From: Camelus ferus | Lineage: Eukaryota | Assembly (NCBI RefSeq): GCF_009834535.1 | Contig: NC_045707.1 | Coordinates: 12,586,001 to 12,650,000 of the forward strand | Length of the DNA: 64,000 nt | Reading direction: 5' to 3' | In this document: piece by piece, positions 59,014 to 64,000 of the stretch | Position numbering within the stretch: position 1 is the first letter of the stretch | How the letters are laid out: every line of letters starts with the position of its first letter | The notes under the pieces: generated by a model | The model's input: the letters and a program-made list of their open reading frames with translations, nothing else | Told to the model about the DNA's origin: nothing | Databases searched by the model: none | Translations under genes and position numbers: made by a program

Positions 59014-59349
59014 CTAGACAGTGCACAAAAAGATGCAGTGAGACAGACCAGTGTTTCAATTCCAGCTCCACTACTCACAGCTCGGTAGCCCATGCCAGAA
59101 AACTTAGGTCATCTTTAATTCCTTATCTTTTCTTCCTGACCTAAGGGGTCACTGGAACTTGCCAATTTTAATTATTTTTGGAATAAATATTTAATCATCT
59201 ATGCATCAGGTAGGCCCAGTGCTTGAGAGCCACCAGTGAACTGAACCTTACCCCTGTGGAGCTCATAGCCCGGCCCAGCTCTTTAAAGTCTCTCCTATCA
59301 GTCCCTTCCTCCCTCTCTCCAAGGCTGCTGCTTTAATTGCGGTCCATTC

Positions 59350-62100
59350 CATTATCCATCATTGATTACAGATTTACTGAGCATCTGTTATGTACCAGAT
59401 ACCTACTAAGGCTCTGTGGATATTGCAGTATATCTGTGGGCCCAGACAGACTGGATGCTGTCATGGAGCTTCTGTTCCAGGGGGAGAGACAGATAATGTC
59501 AGTTTGTGGTCACTGCTACAAAGAAAATAAAAAGGGTGGCATAATAAAGAGGCTCTTTCATGAGGAGGAGTGGTTTGGCTTGTAAAGTCAGAGAGGTCCT
59601 TTCTAATGACATGACATTTGAACTGCCACTTGAATGACAAAAGGGAGTTGTCCTGTGAAGATCTAGGGGAAGTTCTAGACAGAGGAATGGCTCAAGGAAA
59701 GTTGGGTGTAGCCATGGTGTGCTGTAAGGAATAGCAGAAAGTGTAGAATGGGGTTGAGGAGAAGAGTGGTATAAGAATTGATCAGCTAAGTAGGCAAGAA
59801 CTTTGGTTTTATTTTGAGTGTAAGGGAAAGCCACTGGAGGTTGAGAGAGCAGGGGATTATGTGATTGTGTTTTTAGATAATAACTTCAGCTGCTGTTTGG
59901 GAAATGTACTGTTGCAGAAAGTTGAGGGGAGGAAAGAGTGAGAAGACCATTTAGGAGACTACTAGAGCAGTCTAGGGATAACAGTGGCTTGGACTTGGGT
60001 AATAACATCAATAGTGAGGAGTGGAAGGGTTTGGGCTGTATTTTGGAAGATAAGCCAAGAGAATTGGATAGAGGACTTGATGTATCAAAGTTTGCAGGGG
60101 CTAATTATGGGAAGAGAAAAATCAAAATGACTCCTACTTTTGTTGAGAACAACTCAATGGATGATGGTGTTGTTAACTGAAATGGGGAAGACCAGAAGAG
60201 GAGCAAATTAGACAGTAAACAGGTTCTCTATTTTAAACATGTTAACATGAGATGCCCACTGGTCCTCCAATTGGAGATATAAATAGGCAGTTGAATACAT
60301 GGACCTGGAGTTCAGAAGAGTTGGAGCTGAAAATACAAAGTTTGAAACTAATGGTAAAGGCTCTCTTCATCTTTCACTTGGACTACTGCCATAGACTCCT
60401 AACTGGTCTCCCTGCTTGTAGCTTCCTCTTGCCCAATCCATTTTCCAGTTCACCCCCAGAGTGACCTTTCCTAACATGCAAATCTAACTATGTCACACTG
60501 TTTGAAACACTTCAATAGCTCCTATTTCTTTTAGGATAAAATATAGTATCTTTACTATAGATATGAGATCCTTCATAACCTAACTCTTGACTGCTCCTCT
60601 TCTCAACTAGTTCTGAGTTGTGGCCAAATAATTGAAAGCCTTGAGAGATCCAAAATTTAATGAGACATTACCTAAACTCTACAAGAGTTGTGTATTTCCA
60701 AGAGGTATAATGAAAAGATATCCATTAAAATAACATGAAACTCTGTTAAAGTTAAGAAATCTCTACAGTTTTCTTACAAAAGAGTTAAAGAAGTACAAAA
60801 TGGAATAAAATAATTCTATCATGTGGGTGGCTATAAAAATCTGTGTGAAGGCAAAGAAATAGATAATGACATAATTCATACCTAAGTTGTGTGGACTACT
60901 TGCTCAATTCATTAAGTTATAAAGTTCCACTTACATTCTTTTATTCATACATTCAACACATATTTATTGAGAACTATTTAAGATTCTGAAGACAGAGCAG
61001 TGAACAAAACAGATGAAAATCCTTGGTCTCGTGGAATTTATATTCTAGTGGGGAGAGGAGGCAATAAACAAGATTAATAAGTGAAATAAACATAAGGAAG
61101 GGATAAGCACTAAAGGAAAAAAGTGAACCAGGATGGAAGGTGGGAGAGAGTGTACAGTGGCTGCAATTTAGATAAGTGTGTAGGGAAGGCCTTACTGAAG
61201 TGATTTTGTGGAGGAAGTGAGAGAATGAGCCATTTGGATATCTGGGGAAAGTGCATCCCACGCAGAGGAAATAGTAAGAACAATGGCCCTGAGCTAGGAG
61301 CCTGCTGGATGAGCTGGAGGGAGAGCAATGAGTGGTATAGTTGGTATAGAGTTAAGGAAGAGTTGCAGAAGATAAGGTCAAAGTGTGGTGGGTGGAATTG
61401 TTGTGGGTCTTACAGGCCACTGAAAAGATTTTGGCTTTTTCTTTGAGTGAGATGGGATCCTGGAGAGTGATAATCTGATTTACATGTTAATAAGTCACTA
61501 GACTGAGAGTAGTTTATATGGAAATGGTGGAGGCAGGGAGACTAGTTAGGAGAGGCCACTGGACTAGTAACAGCTCCCATCAGCATGGGAATGATGGAAG
61601 TGGTGTGAAGGAGTTTGGTTCAGGGCATATTCTGAGGCCAGGGCTGATGAAGTCAGTGTGAAGTCAGGGAAAATGCTAAGGTATTTGGCTGGGCAACCAG
61701 AAATGCTGGTACCATTAACTGAGATGGGGAATGCTGGAAGAAGCAAGTTTGTGTGGGAAAGAAAGAACTCAGTTTTGAACATACTAAGTTTAAGATGCTT
61801 ATGAGGCATCCAAGTGGGAATGTTGAGTAGGCAGCTGAATAAATGAATTCAGGGGAGAGGGTAGGCTAGAGATAGAAATTTGGGAGTCATCAGCATACAG
61901 ATGATATTTAAAGACATGAGAATGGGTGGGATCCAGGGAGAAAACGCAGATGGAGAAGAGGCCCAACATCAAGATTGGGGAGAGGAAAAGAAACCAGCCA
62001 AAGAGACTGAGGAAGAGGGACCAGAGAGGCAGAAGGAGAACCAGGACAGTCATGTTCTGGAAGTCAAGTGCAGGCTCTCAGAGAGTCACTGAACCCCAGT
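59350..62100. mobile_element. Fragmented LINE-2 remnants
   Basis: L2-like text (gagcatctgttatgtaccag; tgagtgtaagggaaagccactggag; ttcaacacatatttattgag; gaaatttgggagtcatcagcatacagatg). Boundaries approximate. Confidence 0.7.
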
Positions 62101-64000
62101 CAATGTCCTCTGATCATTATGAAATCTCAGCAAGCTGAGAACACAACTCTAAAAATTATAACAGAAGGAAACTCCAAAAATTGTGTGGGACAATATAGGT
62201 GTTTCCTTAATGCTGAGAAGGCAGGGAATTAAGATAGGAAACTTTAAGTGCATAAAAACTGGAATTACAGGTCTCCTCCACTAGCCAAATGTAAAACTCT
62301 TCATAAGCCAAAATGGCATAAAGCAAAGAAGCAATTACCTTAGGATACATCTTGCTAACAGATGCACAAAATAAATCAGGAAAAAGCACAGATGCTTACA
62401 GACATAGTTCAAAACTATGGCAGCTTGATGCTGAGATGCTGAGTGTAGTTCCTGGGGAAGGAGCTTGGTGGTGCCACTCTCACTGCTTGGGGTGTTGGCT
62501 GCCTCTATAAGCTTACTGCAAAACAAATGCTGGACACTATTTTCATTTGTCACTTTTTTTCATAAGTGAAAATCCTCTTCAGATTTCTTTTGGTTAGTGA
62601 AAATAGGTACTAATGTAGATCTTTTGTAAAAGCAAAGGGATGTAAAGTGAACTTTTGAAAAGCAGGGGACACCTGGTATTATAGGCATTTGAATGTTTAA
62701 GAGATCATTCAGTAGCAGATCAGCTTTGTCATTCTAGTTAAAAATGTGAAATTAATTATGGGTTGTAATTTGAGGTCAAAATCTTAGTAAGTTTATAAAG
62801 ACTTTTAGGACATTTAAGAGAAATTGAGGTTTACCATATTTATAAGTTTGGCTTGTGATATTTATAAGAATTGTTTAAGAAGGTGGGAAGGTTTGTTACT
62901 AAGACAACTTAAGTACTTAAAGAAATGGAATACATCAAGTTTCTAATTAAGAGTTTAAGTTTGTAAATGGAACAAAAACATTAAGTTACTATTAAAATTT
63001 GCTAAACCTAGAATAAGACTGAGTTTAAAATAAGATAATACTATTTAGAATGAATAATCCAATACATAATCTTACTTAGGATAAAATTTACAAACTAAAC
63101 TTAAATGCTCAAGGAAGACTAGAATTTTAATTAGTAACTTTAATAAAATAAATATTAATTTTTAAAACCAAAGTAACATTCAAATAGTCTTTCCTCTGTT
63201 TAAATAATGCCTTTAAAGGCATCAAAGCTCACACTTAGTTATCTAGCCATATCATCATATACACCCTAAATTTAAGTCATATTAATATCTAATTTGATAA
63301 ATTTAAGTGCCTACCATACACCACACAGTACTACCAAAACTATGGATTAAAAAATAAATACACAGTCCCTGCCATCAAGGAAATCAGTCTGGTAAAAAGA
63401 AACTTGTAAAGCAAGATCCTTTGAATTTCAATAGCCATTCATCCAAATATCCCTACTCAGCTTCTAACCAAAGCCTTCTCATATAAAAAGGGCCATTATA
63501 GCCACATCACTGAGAACTCTGAAAACACCATGCTCTCTCTTGCCTCCATGCCTTTACGTGTATCATTATTCTACTGCCTAAACTGTCCTTCCCTTGCTCT
63601 TTCTTGCTTTTTAATTTAAGACTCAGCTCAAGGCTCACTTTTTTGAGAAGTCTTTCCTTCCTTACATTTCCCACCAGCCAACCCTAAAGGTAGACCTGCA
63701 TCTCTTTTATGATCCCACAGCTCCTCTACCTACATCCAGCCAGACACTGTTTTAAGAAGGTAAATCTCTGTAAGAATCATTGAAGGAAAGTACAAGGATT
63801 ATTCCAATTTACAGATGAGGAAACAAGGCTCAGAAAAGTTAACTAACTTGCCCAAGGTCAGACAGCAAATATACACATACCTGGCAGTATGGCTCCAGTT
63901 TGTGCTCTCACACACATAGGTATTCAATAAATTGTTGATAAATATGTGAGTGGAAAGAACTGATGAAATGTAGCAAGCAACTGGAGAAAAGTTCTGTGTA

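Overview
Mammalian genomic DNA, inferred to be camelid from its tRNA-derived SINEs. It is syntenic to the human 22q13.33 block LMF2(-, 5' six exons), NCAPH2(+, complete, 20 exons, 603 aa), SCO2(-, 266 aa), [TYMP position], ODF3B/CIMAP1B(-, 253 aa), KLHDC7B(+, single exon, 1208 aa), SYCE3(-, 88 aa, both coding exons). Exon boundaries were read by hand, and the spliced lengths give intact frames for all genes except TYMP. The main result is at the TYMP (thymidine phosphorylase) position, 16.9-19.7 kb. It holds a heavily decayed unitary pseudogene: lost ATG, GT>AT donor, several frameshifts and deletions, an in-frame TAG, altered active-site codons, a collapsed intron and a mostly deleted 3' end. 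Its promoter, non-coding exon 1 and the overlapping SCO2 promoter still look intact. Other items are two GC-AG introns, an orphan CpG-rich island over old transposons, a U6/L1 chimeric retrocopy with target-site duplications (TSDs), nested L1 insertions, a Tigger2-like element and two N gaps. Comparisons to human sequences are from memory, not from a run alignment, and repeat family names are by eye.
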